Shown: positions 6,579 through 16,939, counted from the first letter of the stretch. The stretch: DNA of 46,365 nt from Pseudomonadota bacterium (GCA_017421975.1 JAFOHE010000247.1:1-46365); one strand, 5' to 3'. Numbers and translations are program-made. Notes: generated by a model from the letters alone, not told the origin.

Positions 6579-8513
6579 TTAGCACTGCATCATGCAAGCG
6601 ATATAGTTCAGCTTATCCGTATTCGGATTATGTTCAGTTTCGCATTGTTTAGAACAATTTTCAAATGCAGTTTTCTCACTGTCATTGTACGTTTTATCTT
6701 CGATAATATCCGAGCTGAAGCGCGGTTCAATGACGGTCATGACGATATTTTCGTGAGAAGAGAGACAACGTCCCTCATTGACTTTTTCGGCGAAGCATCC
6801 AGGTAAAACCTGCTTCATGGTGCCCGTCAGGCGTTTGAATTTACGTTTCTGACAAAAGACATTCTTACGAAGGTTATCATCGAAGATGGTAATACACCCA
6901 TCAAGGATGTCGAACCCGGCAATCAGCGAAGAGCTTGCGACAGAGATTTCACTGCTGATCTTACCGCCGTCAAATTCGCCGTTAGCGCGAGCCTTCCACT
7001 GGTCATAGCTGTCAAGATTCGAATATTCTGTACACTTCGGATTGTTGTTACATTCTGTTCGGCATGTTGCTTCATCAGAATTGCTTTCGATTTTTCCGTT
7101 ACCGTTGTCATCGCAATCGATGAAGTAACTCGACAAATCGATGTTCTCGACCGTAATGATGGAGCTTTCCATGGCTTCAAGTTTGACACAAGACGCAAGG
7201 TCTGTCTGATTGTTACCGTCAGAACCGCACATCAAGACTTTCCAATCGACCTCAAGTGGCTGAGGCGGTTCAATATAGGCGAACGCATTTTTTTCGGCCT
7301 TACACTCGGCTTTAGCCTGTTGGCGCGCCGGATTCGGCACAGCCTCAGTATCGACACCATATTTGGCATCCAAGGCAGCATCCGAACATTCCGTAGCACG
7401 TTCTTCATTAAACAAGGCCCAGCAGTCCACGATTTCGGCCATATTGGCGAGTTCTTCGTCGGTGCATGGACGTGGATCACCCGTATCCTTATCGACGCAA
7501 TAGCCGGCGCCCGTATCGCCATCTTCAGGCGCAGGATCCGTGTCTTCAGCCGTCGAGCGTTCCTTATTCTGGATACCCCAGGACGGGAACTGCATCTGCG
7601 TCATGCCCGTGAATTCGGCTATACCACCCGTGACTTCACAGATACGGTCGCCGATATCGACGCGGGCAGGCTGAGAATATGAATAGATGAAGATCGAGTT
7701 GAAACCGTCTTTCATGCCGTCTTCGCCGACATCGGAGACATAGAATCCCGTCGATACGACGTTTGAAACGACAAGGTCATGGCCTTTTTTGGCTTTTACG
7801 TTACCAAATTGCTTAATGAGCGGTGTCACGCCATCGGGAACATCGGGATTATACTGGATCGTGTGAATGGTCTGATCTTCAAAATAGAACTCATCCGAAA
7901 CACCCGTGGCGAGCGAACCAGTGAGAATACCATATTCATTTTCGGTGGCATCCTCGATCCAGAGACGCGTAGCACCATAAGCAAAGCGAAGTTCGACATT
8001 TTCATAGGCTGTCGGATTGGAATTTTCGGGATCCGCAGGGTTCTGCCAAGTACCCAAAAGGCCGTTTTGGAAGGTCACTTCCTGAACGTTAAGTTCACCG
8101 GGGACCGATTTGATCCGCACGGTACCATTAAAAGAAGGATTAAATTTGCCGTGAACATCGACAGCATAGGCGGCGAGGCCAATTTTTAAGCCAGATTCGC
8201 GCTCTGATTCGTTGAGCCACTGGACTTTATCGACCGTCGTTTTTGATTCGTCTTTCCAGATGTATTGTTTCCAACGCGGTGCCTGAAATGGAAGCGGTTC
8301 AGCTTGTGACCCGCGTTCAACACTGGGATCGACGCGCACGACAAAAGCCTTCGTAAAGGGCACACAGACGGGGTTACCATCATCACCGACGTGACAGGCT
8401 TTGTCGTATTGATGATCGACCTTTTCTTCGACGCAACCCGTAGCCAAAAGGCCAGATACAGCCAATCCGGCAAGAATCATGCAGGTACGTGTAAACTTCA
8501 TTTTTTTACTCAT
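6579..8513 (-). CDS. Cys-rich lipoprotein with an ExeM/NucH-like OB-type module
   Basis: GGAGGT RBS; the start is ATG 8513 or GTG 8516. Lipobox LLATG-C. The segment VVSTGFYVSDVGEDG..FIYSYSQPARVDIGDRICEVTGGIAEFTGMTQ resembles the OB-like module of extracellular nucleases (from memory). No catalytic motif was recognised. Confidence 0.75.
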   Translation of the reverse strand: MSKKMKFTRTCMILAGLAVSGLLATGCVEEKVDHQYDKACHVGDDGNPVCVPFTKAFVVRVDPSVERGSQAEPLPFQAPRWKQYIWKDESKTTVDKVQWLNESERESGLKIGLAAYAVDVHGKFNPSFNGTVRIKSVPGELNVQEVTFQNGLLGTWQNPADPENSNPTAYENVELRFAYGATRLWIEDATENEYGILTGSLATGVSDEFYFEDQTIHTIQYNPDVPDGVTPLIKQFGNVKAKKGHDLVVSNVVSTGFYVSDVGEDGMKDGFNSIFIYSYSQPARVDIGDRICEVTGGIAEFTGMTQMQFPSWGIQNKERSTAEDTDPAPEDGDTGAGYCVDKDTGDPRPCTDEELANMAEIVDCWALFNEERATECSDAALDAKYGVDTEAVPNPARQQAKAECKAEKNAFAYIEPPQPLEVDWKVLMCGSDGNNQTDLASCVKLEAMESSIITVENIDLSSYFIDCDDNGNGKIESNSDEATCRTECNNNPKCTEYSNLDSYDQWKARANGEFDGGKISSEISVASSSLIAGFDILDGCITIFDDNLRKNVFCQKRKFKRLTGTMKQVLPGCFAEKVNEGRCLSSHENIVMTVIEPRFSSDIIEDKTYNDSEKTAFENCSKQCETEHNPNTDKLNYIACMMQC

Positions 8514-8537
8514 CACTCTATACCTCCATGGCCCGGA

Positions 8538-11153
8538 TTAATAACAGGCATCTTCGCCGGCATCCTGAAGCGCTTCCATGATGGCGGCACCGTTGCCGAA
8601 ACTACTGTAATCAATAAGGGCATTTTCTTCAGCCAGCTCGTTGTGCGGACGTTCGGAATTCTGACGTCCGTCCGTACTTGCGATGAAGCAGGAGACATCG
8701 AGACAGATCGTTTCTGCATTTTTTGTGACCTGGTTTATGCACTGCTCGTATTCGCTCACAATGCTCAGATCCTGGCAATCGGGATTTGCCGCCAGATAGT
8801 TGGCAGCACAACGCGAGTAATCGCTCTCATCCGCATTTGGCTCCGACGCGCATGTATTGCCGTTGGCAGCATCGGACGACACATAGCAGCTCTGGATCTT
8901 CTCCGTCGTAAACTCAAGCTCGCAATCGGTGTACGTTTTGCGATAGCATTCTTCCTTGGCTGTCAATTTCTTAAGGCCGACGCACTCGGCTGCACGCTCA
9001 TCCGCACGTTCGAGGCAAACTTCCTGCTCACTGTATTTGTACTGTGCCTTACACCATTTCGTAAGCTGCGCCACAGTATCGCGCTTGCAATCTTTGATGC
9101 GTTTGCAGCTACCGATTGGGACATCCGTACCAAAGGTAAGCCCTTTTGCAATATAATCATCGACGCAACGGTCATAGCACGAACGCATTTTTTCGATGCC
9201 GTCGATCGATACAGCACGAAGCTCAATACCGGTATCGGCCTGCGTCGTGTTGTATTTGAGCGTCGAGAAGCCCGAACCGCCGTGAGCCATATAGTTATTT
9301 GTCGAGAATTTGTAGAACCACTGTGGCTGCATCAATTCAATGCAGACATAATGATCGCCGGATTCGGAATCCGTCAGTTTTTCGCACGACGTAATGCCTT
9401 TACCTTCGCCGAGTTCAGCATCCGTGTAGTGGCAGAGCGAAGGATCGGGTTTCGGATTGCCGAATTCATCCTTGACTTCACACGAACCACGCACGAACTT
9501 GATGTCTTTTGCAAAATGGACGTTGGCATAATTGGACATGCCATTTTTGTCGATGCAGTACGAAGGCGTGTTGGCATCCGCGGGTTTGGGCGTCTCACCG
9601 CACAATTTTTTGAAGGCATCGACGCGGTACTGATAATCGAACAGATAACCGGCATCAAGGTAGTCATCGACAACCTTTTTCGCCGTATGGCAATCGAGCG
9701 TATAGCGGACACCCGACAACTGAAGCTGGCTCTGGCAACCGCGGTTCATCGAACGATACGTGTTGTAGTCCAAAAGCGACCAGACTTCGGTACCCGAAAG
9801 CGTCATCGTCGTCAGCGTGTTCGGGAACGGGAAAACGTTGTAGAGCTGATCGTTTGTGACGGGGCCCTGATTGACGTCAGTACGGATACCGAGCGAGTTC
9901 GTTGCACCAAAATCGGCTTCCGAACGCTGACGATAAACCATCTGATCTGCGAGGAAGTTGCCGAGCGGCGAATCGTGGCCGTTCGAACCGAAGCGGTTCA
10001 ACTTCATCGGCGCATAACCCACGATTTTGCGCAGATCCAAACGGCGTGCAAGTTCACGTTCATAAGGTGCGATGACGAATTCCATATCTGCATCGTCTGG
10101 AATCGTCGAATCGATCGGAATCGGCTTATACGTATGGCTGACGAGCGTCAAATCCCACGGATTGACAATGCCTTCATCCGCGCGGGGATACATCTCCGGG
10201 CGAATCATGTAGTCTGGATAAAAGACACCATCGAAATAGCCGACGTATTTCATGAAAGCGCCCGAGTGAACGAGCGGAACCATCTTGGGTGCATCGTTAC
10301 CGAATTCATCCACGCTCGCATCCGGAATATTTTTCGGCGGATTGAGGACGACGTGGAGATGACCACCAAAGACAATATCCAGTCCTGTCGTCTTGCGGAT
10401 GACGTCTTCATCATCGCCAAGGCCAAGGTGCGTGACCATCGTAATCACGTTGACGTCATTTTTGAGAAGATCAATGTAACTCTGGACGAGCTGAATGTTC
10501 TCAAGAACCGTGATGCCTAGGCTGTTGTCGCCGTAAGTAATGGAGGACATACTCGAATAGTTTGCCATACCAATGACAGCAACTTTGACGCCGTTCGCAT
10601 TGATAATCGCATAGGGACGCGCGATTTCTTTAAGCGGTTCCTCATTGACGCCCTGGACGTTTTTCCACTGATAGTTCGCCGCCAGAATGCTAAATTGTGC
10701 TTTTGCCAACTTATCATAAAGGTTAGAGGCGCCGAAGTCGAACTCGTGGTTACCGATAATGAACGCATCCATTCCGATATGGTTCAACGCAAGGATTTCC
10801 GGTTCACCTTCAAATTCATTGAAGATAGGCGCACCCTGAAAAACGTCACCCGAGTCGACGTGAACACTGTGTTGAGCCTGCTCTCGGATCTGTTTTATGA
10901 CCGTCGCCGCTCGCGCGATACCGCCAAACGGTTCATTCGCCTGAACCATACCAATGCGCTCATCCGTCGCCATCAAATCCATATCATACGGAAGCAAACG
11001 ACTATGAATGTCGCCCGTATGTATGACTGTGAGACGTATGCCGCTCTCAAAATTCAATTCTTCCGTTGACATCTCGGTCGTACATGACGCCGCAAGACCA
11101 CTGCACAGCATCAGCACGGCACAAAGACTAACCATTCTCTTTGTCACTGCCAT
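8538..11153 (-). CDS. UshA-type 5'-nucleotidase / metallophosphoesterase lipoprotein with a Cys-rich C-terminal extension
   Basis: GGGGAG RBS before ATG 11153; the listed ORF starts at an upstream TTG at 11165. Lipobox LAAS-C. Metallophosphoesterase motifs GDIHS, GDVFQG, GNHEFD and GGHLH are present, followed by a 5'-nucleotidase C-terminal domain. After that comes about 330 aa with many Cys. Confidence 0.85.
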   Translation of the reverse strand: MAVTKRMVSLCAVLMLCSGLAASCTTEMSTEELNFESGIRLTVIHTGDIHSRLLPYDMDLMATDERIGMVQANEPFGGIARAATVIKQIREQAQHSVHVDSGDVFQGAPIFNEFEGEPEILALNHIGMDAFIIGNHEFDFGASNLYDKLAKAQFSILAANYQWKNVQGVNEEPLKEIARPYAIINANGVKVAVIGMANYSSMSSITYGDNSLGITVLENIQLVQSYIDLLKNDVNVITMVTHLGLGDDEDVIRKTTGLDIVFGGHLHVVLNPPKNIPDASVDEFGNDAPKMVPLVHSGAFMKYVGYFDGVFYPDYMIRPEMYPRADEGIVNPWDLTLVSHTYKPIPIDSTIPDDADMEFVIAPYERELARRLDLRKIVGYAPMKLNRFGSNGHDSPLGNFLADQMVYRQRSEADFGATNSLGIRTDVNQGPVTNDQLYNVFPFPNTLTTMTLSGTEVWSLLDYNTYRSMNRGCQSQLQLSGVRYTLDCHTAKKVVDDYLDAGYLFDYQYRVDAFKKLCGETPKPADANTPSYCIDKNGMSNYANVHFAKDIKFVRGSCEVKDEFGNPKPDPSLCHYTDAELGEGKGITSCEKLTDSESGDHYVCIELMQPQWFYKFSTNNYMAHGGSGFSTLKYNTTQADTGIELRAVSIDGIEKMRSCYDRCVDDYIAKGLTFGTDVPIGSCKRIKDCKRDTVAQLTKWCKAQYKYSEQEVCLERADERAAECVGLKKLTAKEECYRKTYTDCELEFTTEKIQSCYVSSDAANGNTCASEPNADESDYSRCAANYLAANPDCQDLSIVSEYEQCINQVTKNAETICLDVSCFIASTDGRQNSERPHNELAEENALIDYSSFGNGAAIMEALQDAGEDACY

Positions 11154-11497
11154 TTTTCTCCCCAAGTTGAGGCCTGGTTACATGTCCAAAATTTGGACAC
11201 AAGTTAAACCGCTTCTATTCCATATTCAATAAACGCGCAACCGTCAAAAATCCACACTTGCAATCTTATTCCACTTTTTTTTTACACTTGAATTAAATTC
11301 CTCATTTTTCAGCTTAACAAAAGATAATGCCAATTTGTTAGTATACCCTTGAAGTCATCACAACTTTTGATGGTTTTTTCTACCCTATTTCAAGCTCTTT
11401 GAGCATATTTATCGTGTCACAAATTGAATTTTTCAGAAATATTTTTTATACGACATGTAGGTATATAAATTACATTTTCATACATATTTATTATTAT

Positions 11498-11569
11498 AAA
11501 GGTGCGTATTGCCCGCAAGGGCGATAGCACCTTTCAAGGACGCGTATCGCCTTATAGGCGATAGCGTCC
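11498..11569 (+). repeat. Bulged-G hairpin units C1 and C2
   Basis: C1 11498-11534: AAAGGTGC-G-TAT-TGCCC-gcaa-GGGCG-ATA-GCACCTTT. C2 11538-11569: GGACGC-G-TAT-CGCCT-tat-AGGCG-ATA-GCGTCC. Confidence 0.9.
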
Positions 11570-11573
11570 GCAA

Positions 11574-11605
11574 GGCTTGCGCAATCGCATTACGATGCGC
11601 AAGCC
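11574..11605. repeat. 14-bp-stem hairpin just 3' of the Cys-rich gene stop
   Basis: GGCTTGCGCA.ATCG-catta-CGAT-GCGCAAGCC with one bulged A. No U-tract follows on either strand. Confidence 0.7.
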
Positions 11606-11612
11606 CCAGCCA

Positions 11613-14600
11613 TTATTTATCGAAGTAACGTGTCTGTGCATCCGTCAACGTCGTCGTATCATCGAGCAGAATCGGCGTCGCATCATGTTCATTGGCTGCA
11701 CTGCAGGCATAGCGTCCCGCATCGAGGAAATCAAAGATGAACGTGCAGTAATTGCGCCCCGACGGTGCATTGGCATAGCTCGTCGTTTCAAATTCGATGT
11801 TATGTTCGCCGCAACCGTCGCAAAGGGGATTGTGGGTACCGTCGGCAGCCTCGACCCAATCGTTGACGGGCAAAGAAAGATTCGTGGTACAGAGCATCTG
11901 TGCGAATGCCGAATCAGCCGTATAGCCATCGGGCATGCGAATGCGTCCATAGCCTTTGATGGACGTTGAATCGAGCCACTGGAAGTAGCACCACGATGGA
12001 TTGGCGAGTTTGTCCGGATCCAGATGATAACAGCCTGATTTGTGGCTACAGGCCTCATCTGGCGCACAATTTGTGACCAGATCGCCGTCGACGCCGCCCC
12101 AGATGCGATGCTCGTCGCACATCTGCCAAACCGTCGTATCGCCAATTTTGGTACAACGCGTTGCTTCAGGCGTACAGCCGTTTTGGGCATAGCAATTGGA
12201 ATAATCGATTGCTGAGCAATCGGACTTGCAGAAAGGCATGCCATCGAGCGCAGGCACGCCGAGGTACTCAGCACATGTTGCGGAATGAATGTTTGCGCCG
12301 TCACACGCTTCTCCGAGATCGGTATCAATGTTTCCATCGCCACAACGTGGTCGAACGACACAAGCGGATATATCAAGCGTGCAGTCCGCTTGACACGTCA
12401 AGTCGCCGGAAGAATAGAGGAGGCTTGAAAAATCGACGCAAGACTCGTAAATGAGTTCGTTTCCATCACATTCTTCGTCGCTCGCACTATCTTCATTGAG
12501 TTTTCCGTCGCCGCAGTACCGGCAATCGGAAGTATTGATTTTGCAATTTTGGCACGTCAATGATCCCGTGGCCGTTGCCCCAAAATAGTTTTTGCAAGTC
12601 AGGCCGTTGAGATTAGCGCCGTCGCATTCTTCGCCATCGTCGATCTGTCCATTACCGCAGGCGAGCGTACAACCGGAAGTATCGACGATACAGGCGTTGC
12701 ACTTGAGATTTCCCGACGCATAACGCTTGGCATCGTAGGCCTTGCATGACGAAATGCCATTGCGGAAGAGCGATCCGTCACATTCTTCGCCATCATCGAG
12801 GCGTCCATTGTTGCAGCCATCAGCCGGTGAACACTCAGTTTTGACGAGCTTGCAACTGCTATCGCAGGAAAGTGAGCCCGTCGATCCTTTACCAACGACA
12901 GAAGCACACGTGGCACTGCCTAAAAGCGTGCCATCGCACGCCTCTCCAGAATCGAGTTTGCCGTTGCCGCATTTGACTTCGGGCGTACACGTTCCCTGTC
13001 CAAACCCCGTACACGTATCGTTGCAGACGGGGAGTCCCGTCGAACCGTGTCCAATGAGTTTTTCGCACGTTTGCCCGTTGAGGTTACCCGCTTTATCACA
13101 GGCTTCACCCGCGTCAATTTTTCCGTTGCCGCACGGTGGCTGATCGGTACACGTTCCGCGAACGATCTGCGTGCAATCGCTATTACACGCCGGTGTGCCC
13201 GTCGAACCTTTGCCGACGACAGAATCGCACGTCGCATTGAGAATGATGTTGCCATCGCACGCCTCGCCGGCATCGAGTTTGCCGTTACCACATTTGACTT
13301 CGGGCGTACATTTGGCAGTGTCAAACCCCATGCAGTTGACGCGGCAAACGAGCGGTCCCGTCGAACCGTATCCGACCTCTGAGGCGCACGTTCTTCCAGC
13401 GAGTAGCAAACCATCACAGACTTCGCCATCGTCGATGCTGCCGTTACCGCAACTGCTTGCCTTGGAACACTTGGATGTATCGAAAGCATAGCAAGTCGAA
13501 GCGCAGGCAAGCGTTCCTGTTGAGCCTTGACCCACGATGCTTTCGCACGTCTGCCCGTTCAGTTTATTGCCATCACAGACCTCGCCCGCGCTCTCGTCTA
13601 TCGTTCCATTTCCGCAGACACTCGGCGCAGAACATCCCGATATATCAAGAACAGCGCAATTTTTACCGCACAACACCGTTCCAACGGAGCCATTCCCGAC
13701 TTCCGATGCACAAGTTGCCCCGCGGACATTCTTGCCGTCGCAGACTTCGGAACCATCGATTCTGCCATTACCACACGTCGTGGAATTGGAGCACCCGGAG
13801 CGATCAAACCCCATGCAGTTCTGCAGACACGTGAGCGTGCCGACGGAGCCACTTCCGACTTCCGTGACGCACGTTTTGTCGTTCAAATGTTCGCCGTCAC
13901 ACGCCTCACCTGGTTCCACGATGCCATTGCCGCAAGTCGCCGGTGCCGTACAACGGCTCGTCTCAAATCCAGAACAGTTGGCTTGGCAAAAGAGCGTTCC
14001 CGTTGACCCCGATCCAATGACCGTCTCACACGTTTCACCGTTCAGGTTCAAACCGTCGCATTTTTCACCCGCATTGATGATGCCGTTGCCGCAGGCCGAT
14101 GGTGCCGAACAATAGGACGTGCTTATTTTGCAACTTGATGTACACGTCAGAGAACCGGTTGAACCGTTTCCAACAACGGTCGCGCAAGTGCTTGCACCAA
14201 AATCGGTCGTGTCACATTCTTCGCCATGATCGATTTTACCGTTACCGCAAGTCTTTTCTGTCGTGCAAAGAGACAGATCGTAATCCATGCAATTGGAAGC
14301 ACAACGAAGGATGCCGCGTGCGCCCTCAATAAAGCTACTGCAATTTTGATAATTGAGAGCTTCGCCGTCACAGACTTCGCGTCCTTCAATCGTTCCGTTA
14401 CCGCAGGAATCCGGCGGTGAGCAAAGTGCCGTCTCGAATTCCTGGCAACCTGACTTGCAAAAGAGCGTTCCCGTTGAGCCTTTACCGACGATCGTCTCAC
14501 ACGTCTGTCCATTGAGGGCATAACCGTCGCAACGTTCGCCTTCCTCGAATTGTCCATTGCCACACACGGCTGTCGTCAGTTTTTCACACCCATCTTCGGG

Positions 14601-15032
14601 TTGGTGATTCGCATCCATCCAACCACTTCGGCAGACAAGTACAATCTCCGAATTGCGGCAGATGGCATTGGCCAGATGAAGGGCATCATTGGCAACATCC
14701 GGCACTGTGATGCCACAACCACCGCAGTTTTGAGCATCATTTTGCGTCATCACGCAACCGGATGCACAACAAGTCCCTGAGCAAAAACTATCGGTTGCGC
14801 GGCATTTACACACGCCTTCATCACAATAATTTGCACCTGTCACTGTACAATCGATTGAGCAACCACCACAATGATGGTCATCCTGCACCTGACACTTGCC
14901 ATTGCAACAGAGCTCATCCGCTGTACAAAAATTAGAACCGCATGGGACGTTCCGCCCGTCATCGACTGCTTTGTCGGCACAGCCTACGCAAGCAACACAA
15001 CAAACGAGAAATAACCATCCTTTTTTTGCCAT
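11613..15032 (-). CDS. Large lipoprotein with 15 Myxococcus-type cysteine-rich repeats
   Basis: GGAGGAG RBS 5 nt before ATG 15032; the listed ORF extends to 15089. Lipobox VACVG-C. There are 15 modules of the form CGNG-x(3-5)-GE-x-CDG ... G-x-GSTG-x-L-x-C (TIGR02232/DUF4215-type, from memory). A distinct C-terminal domain of about 230 aa follows. Confidence 0.85.
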   Translation of the reverse strand: MAKKGWLFLVCCVACVGCADKAVDDGRNVPCGSNFCTADELCCNGKCQVQDDHHCGGCSIDCTVTGANYCDEGVCKCRATDSFCSGTCCASGCVMTQNDAQNCGGCGITVPDVANDALHLANAICRNSEIVLVCRSGWMDANHQPEDGCEKLTTAVCGNGQFEEGERCDGYALNGQTCETIVGKGSTGTLFCKSGCQEFETALCSPPDSCGNGTIEGREVCDGEALNYQNCSSFIEGARGILRCASNCMDYDLSLCTTEKTCGNGKIDHGEECDTTDFGASTCATVVGNGSTGSLTCTSSCKISTSYCSAPSACGNGIINAGEKCDGLNLNGETCETVIGSGSTGTLFCQANCSGFETSRCTAPATCGNGIVEPGEACDGEHLNDKTCVTEVGSGSVGTLTCLQNCMGFDRSGCSNSTTCGNGRIDGSEVCDGKNVRGATCASEVGNGSVGTVLCGKNCAVLDISGCSAPSVCGNGTIDESAGEVCDGNKLNGQTCESIVGQGSTGTLACASTCYAFDTSKCSKASSCGNGSIDDGEVCDGLLLAGRTCASEVGYGSTGPLVCRVNCMGFDTAKCTPEVKCGNGKLDAGEACDGNIILNATCDSVVGKGSTGTPACNSDCTQIVRGTCTDQPPCGNGKIDAGEACDKAGNLNGQTCEKLIGHGSTGLPVCNDTCTGFGQGTCTPEVKCGNGKLDSGEACDGTLLGSATCASVVGKGSTGSLSCDSSCKLVKTECSPADGCNNGRLDDGEECDGSLFRNGISSCKAYDAKRYASGNLKCNACIVDTSGCTLACGNGQIDDGEECDGANLNGLTCKNYFGATATGSLTCQNCKINTSDCRYCGDGKLNEDSASDEECDGNELIYESCVDFSSLLYSSGDLTCQADCTLDISACVVRPRCGDGNIDTDLGEACDGANIHSATCAEYLGVPALDGMPFCKSDCSAIDYSNCYAQNGCTPEATRCTKIGDTTVWQMCDEHRIWGGVDGDLVTNCAPDEACSHKSGCYHLDPDKLANPSWCYFQWLDSTSIKGYGRIRMPDGYTADSAFAQMLCTTNLSLPVNDWVEAADGTHNPLCDGCGEHNIEFETTSYANAPSGRNYCTFIFDFLDAGRYACSAANEHDATPILLDDTTTLTDAQTRYFDK

Positions 15033-15319
15033 AACGCTCCTCCACGTAAAAATAAATCCACGCCTATTTATTAGATCCCGTACACACATTACTCAAATAA
15101 AGCACGTCTTTTTTATAAAAAGGCGTCATGATGCGCCACGACGTAGGCGAGCGTGCGTCATACGAAAGGCAGAAACATGCCTTAGATGCACATTTTTTAA
15201 TTTGTTGTGTATCAAAAGAATAGATAAGTATATAAACTTCATGGCAGATACCCCACGCATCATGTCCCGTTGATATTTCGTTGATACACAATTATTTCTG
15301 AAGATGAGGAAAAAAAAAG

Positions 15320-16039
15320 ATGAACGAAACAAAACAAATTGCAATCCTTGAAAAGATCCTGGCTTCAAATGATTCGATACGCAAAGTTGTTTCAAGATGT
15401 GAAGCCGCAGCCGTTCATTTTAGCAAAGATAAAAAAACGCGGGAACGCCGCGTCGCCCATCTCATTATTGGTCATTATGCAAACTTATGTGCCCTGTCGG
15501 GGGGGGCGAGCGGGATTCCGGCACTCATACCTTTTGTTGGCAGCATTTACTCGATATTTGGTGCATCGACGGCGGATGCGATTGCAGCGCTCAAATTTGA
15601 AATTGAAATGGCGCTGGCTCTGACGAGTTTTATGGGCTATGACATTGACGATCCGCGCGAACGTAAACTGGCCATCATCATGGCATGTGCCGCATTAGAG
15701 GAAGCGTTTCACCGCGACAGACCGACGACGATTTTTGATATCGTCGATTCTGCTTTGGCCGAGTATTCGACGCGTCAACTGTCGAAGACGATGGCAAAAC
15801 TTTTTGCGCGAGCCATCCTCACCCTCGTCGCCAAACGCTGGACGCGCTTATTCCCACTTGTTGGCATTGCCATTGGGGGCACTGTGAATGCGCTCATGTC
15901 CGCACATACCGGAAACGGTTGTTATCTTGCCTTGTGCCGTCGCCGTCGTCGTGATGCTAAAGCCAGTGGACTTGATACTTCCAACTGGGATGACATTCCG
16001 GAAAATGATGTTGATTCTGCGTGGAGCTTTAAAAAATAA
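15320..16039 (+). CDS. EcsC-like family protein (function unknown)
   Basis: 239-aa ORF. GGASGIPALIPFVGS followed by ALKFEIEMALALTSFMGYDIDD resembles the EcsC/DUF697-type core (from memory). A terminator lies downstream. Confidence 0.55.
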   Translation: MNETKQIAILEKILASNDSIRKVVSRCEAAAVHFSKDKKTRERRVAHLIIGHYANLCALSGGASGIPALIPFVGSIYSIFGASTADAIAALKFEIEMALALTSFMGYDIDDPRERKLAIIMACAALEEAFHRDRPTTIFDIVDSALAEYSTRQLSKTMAKLFARAILTLVAKRWTRLFPLVGIAIGGTVNALMSAHTGNGCYLALCRRRRRDAKASGLDTSNWDDIPENDVDSAWSFKK

Positions 16040-16118
16040 GCGGATGCATCCGCTATACGCCACATAGCCTGGTTCCCCATTATCTCGTGGGGAACGGCAT
16101 CATGAAGGCATAAAAAAA

Positions 16119-16159
16119 GGCATAAAAAAAGACGTACTTTCGCACGTCTTTTTTATGCC
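16119..16159. terminator. Bidirectional terminator between convergent genes
   Basis: GGCATAAAAAAAGACGT-actttcgc-ACGTCTTTTTTATGCC. The inner GACGT/ACGTC stem is flanked by A7 on one side and T6 on the other, so a U-tract follows on both strands. Confidence 0.65.
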
Positions 16160-16171
16160 TTCATGTAAAGA

Positions 16172-16939
16172 CTAGTCTGCAACGTACTGAACGAGGACGC
16201 ACGTCACGTTATCTTTACCGCCATTTTCGCAAGCTGCATTGATTAATCGTTGAACACCCGTTGTCAAGTCATCACCTGTTTCACGGAGAATATCCTGCAT
16301 CTGAGAATCTTTGACTTCGCCCGAAAGACCGTCGGAGCAGAGCAGGAAGATGTCCTTATTTTGAGGCACGTGGAACGAGACATCGACTTGAACGTTATCT
16401 TTCATACCGAGTGCGCGTACGATGACGTTTTTATGCGGGAAGTTCTCAATTTCCTCGGGAGTAAGAACTTTCATTTTAATGTAGTCGTTGAGGAGGGAAT
16501 GGTCTTCCGTCATTTGTTTCAGCTCACCTTCGCGGAAACGATAAATACGGGAATCTCCGACATGACCGAGGTAAACGCCGTCCTTCGTAAAGTTCACGGC
16601 GACGATTGTCGTACCCATACCTTTTTTCTTTACGTTGGCAAGTGCCTCTTCGTAGATGCGCAAGTTGGCGTATTTAATTGCCGTGACAAGACGATTCTCT
16701 TCATATTTTTTCTGGCGATCCATTTTGAACGGCCAGGTGATTTCGTCGTCTTCAGCGGTATCTTTGAAAAACTGGGAGACCGTTTCAACAGCCATCTTAC
16801 TTGCGACTTCACCAGCGGCATGTCCGCCCATCCCATCGGCAACGATGTAGAGAAGCTGATCATGTACGATCATAAAGTTGTCTTCGTTATGATTACGTTT
16901 ACGTCCGACGTTTGTGTCGCCTGCCTTGCGAATTGTCAT
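16172..16939 (-). CDS. PP2C-family Ser/Thr protein phosphatase
   Basis: 255 aa. Motifs present: GRKRNHNEDNF, ADGMGGHAAGEVAS, GMGTT, GDSRIY, LLCSDGL and GGKDNVT. Confidence 0.9.
   Translation of the reverse strand: MTIRKAGDTNVGRKRNHNEDNFMIVHDQLLYIVADGMGGHAAGEVASKMAVETVSQFFKDTAEDDEITWPFKMDRQKKYEENRLVTAIKYANLRIYEEALANVKKKGMGTTIVAVNFTKDGVYLGHVGDSRIYRFREGELKQMTEDHSLLNDYIKMKVLTPEEIENFPHKNVIVRALGMKDNVQVDVSFHVPQNKDIFLLCSDGLSGEVKDSQMQDILRETGDDLTTGVQRLINAACENGGKDNVTCVLVQYVAD

Noticed and set aside
8391-10520. Very long antisense 'shadow' ORFs opposite real genes. They include 709 aa at 8391-10520, 446 aa at 4874-6214, 325 aa at 42506-43483, 281 aa at 33330-34175, 261 aa at 37393-38178, 239 aa at 16250-16969, 236 aa at 25420-26130, 224 aa at 3625-4299 and 213 aa at 21480-22121.
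   Set aside because: Every one lies in the codon-aligned antisense frame of a gene with clear motifs; the start coordinate is congruent mod 3 with the low coordinate of the sense gene. In that frame, stop codons arise only from sense TTA, CTA and TCA codons, which these genes evidently avoid. The translations are low-complexity (rich in I/F/R/D), lack RBSs, and match no family I recognise.
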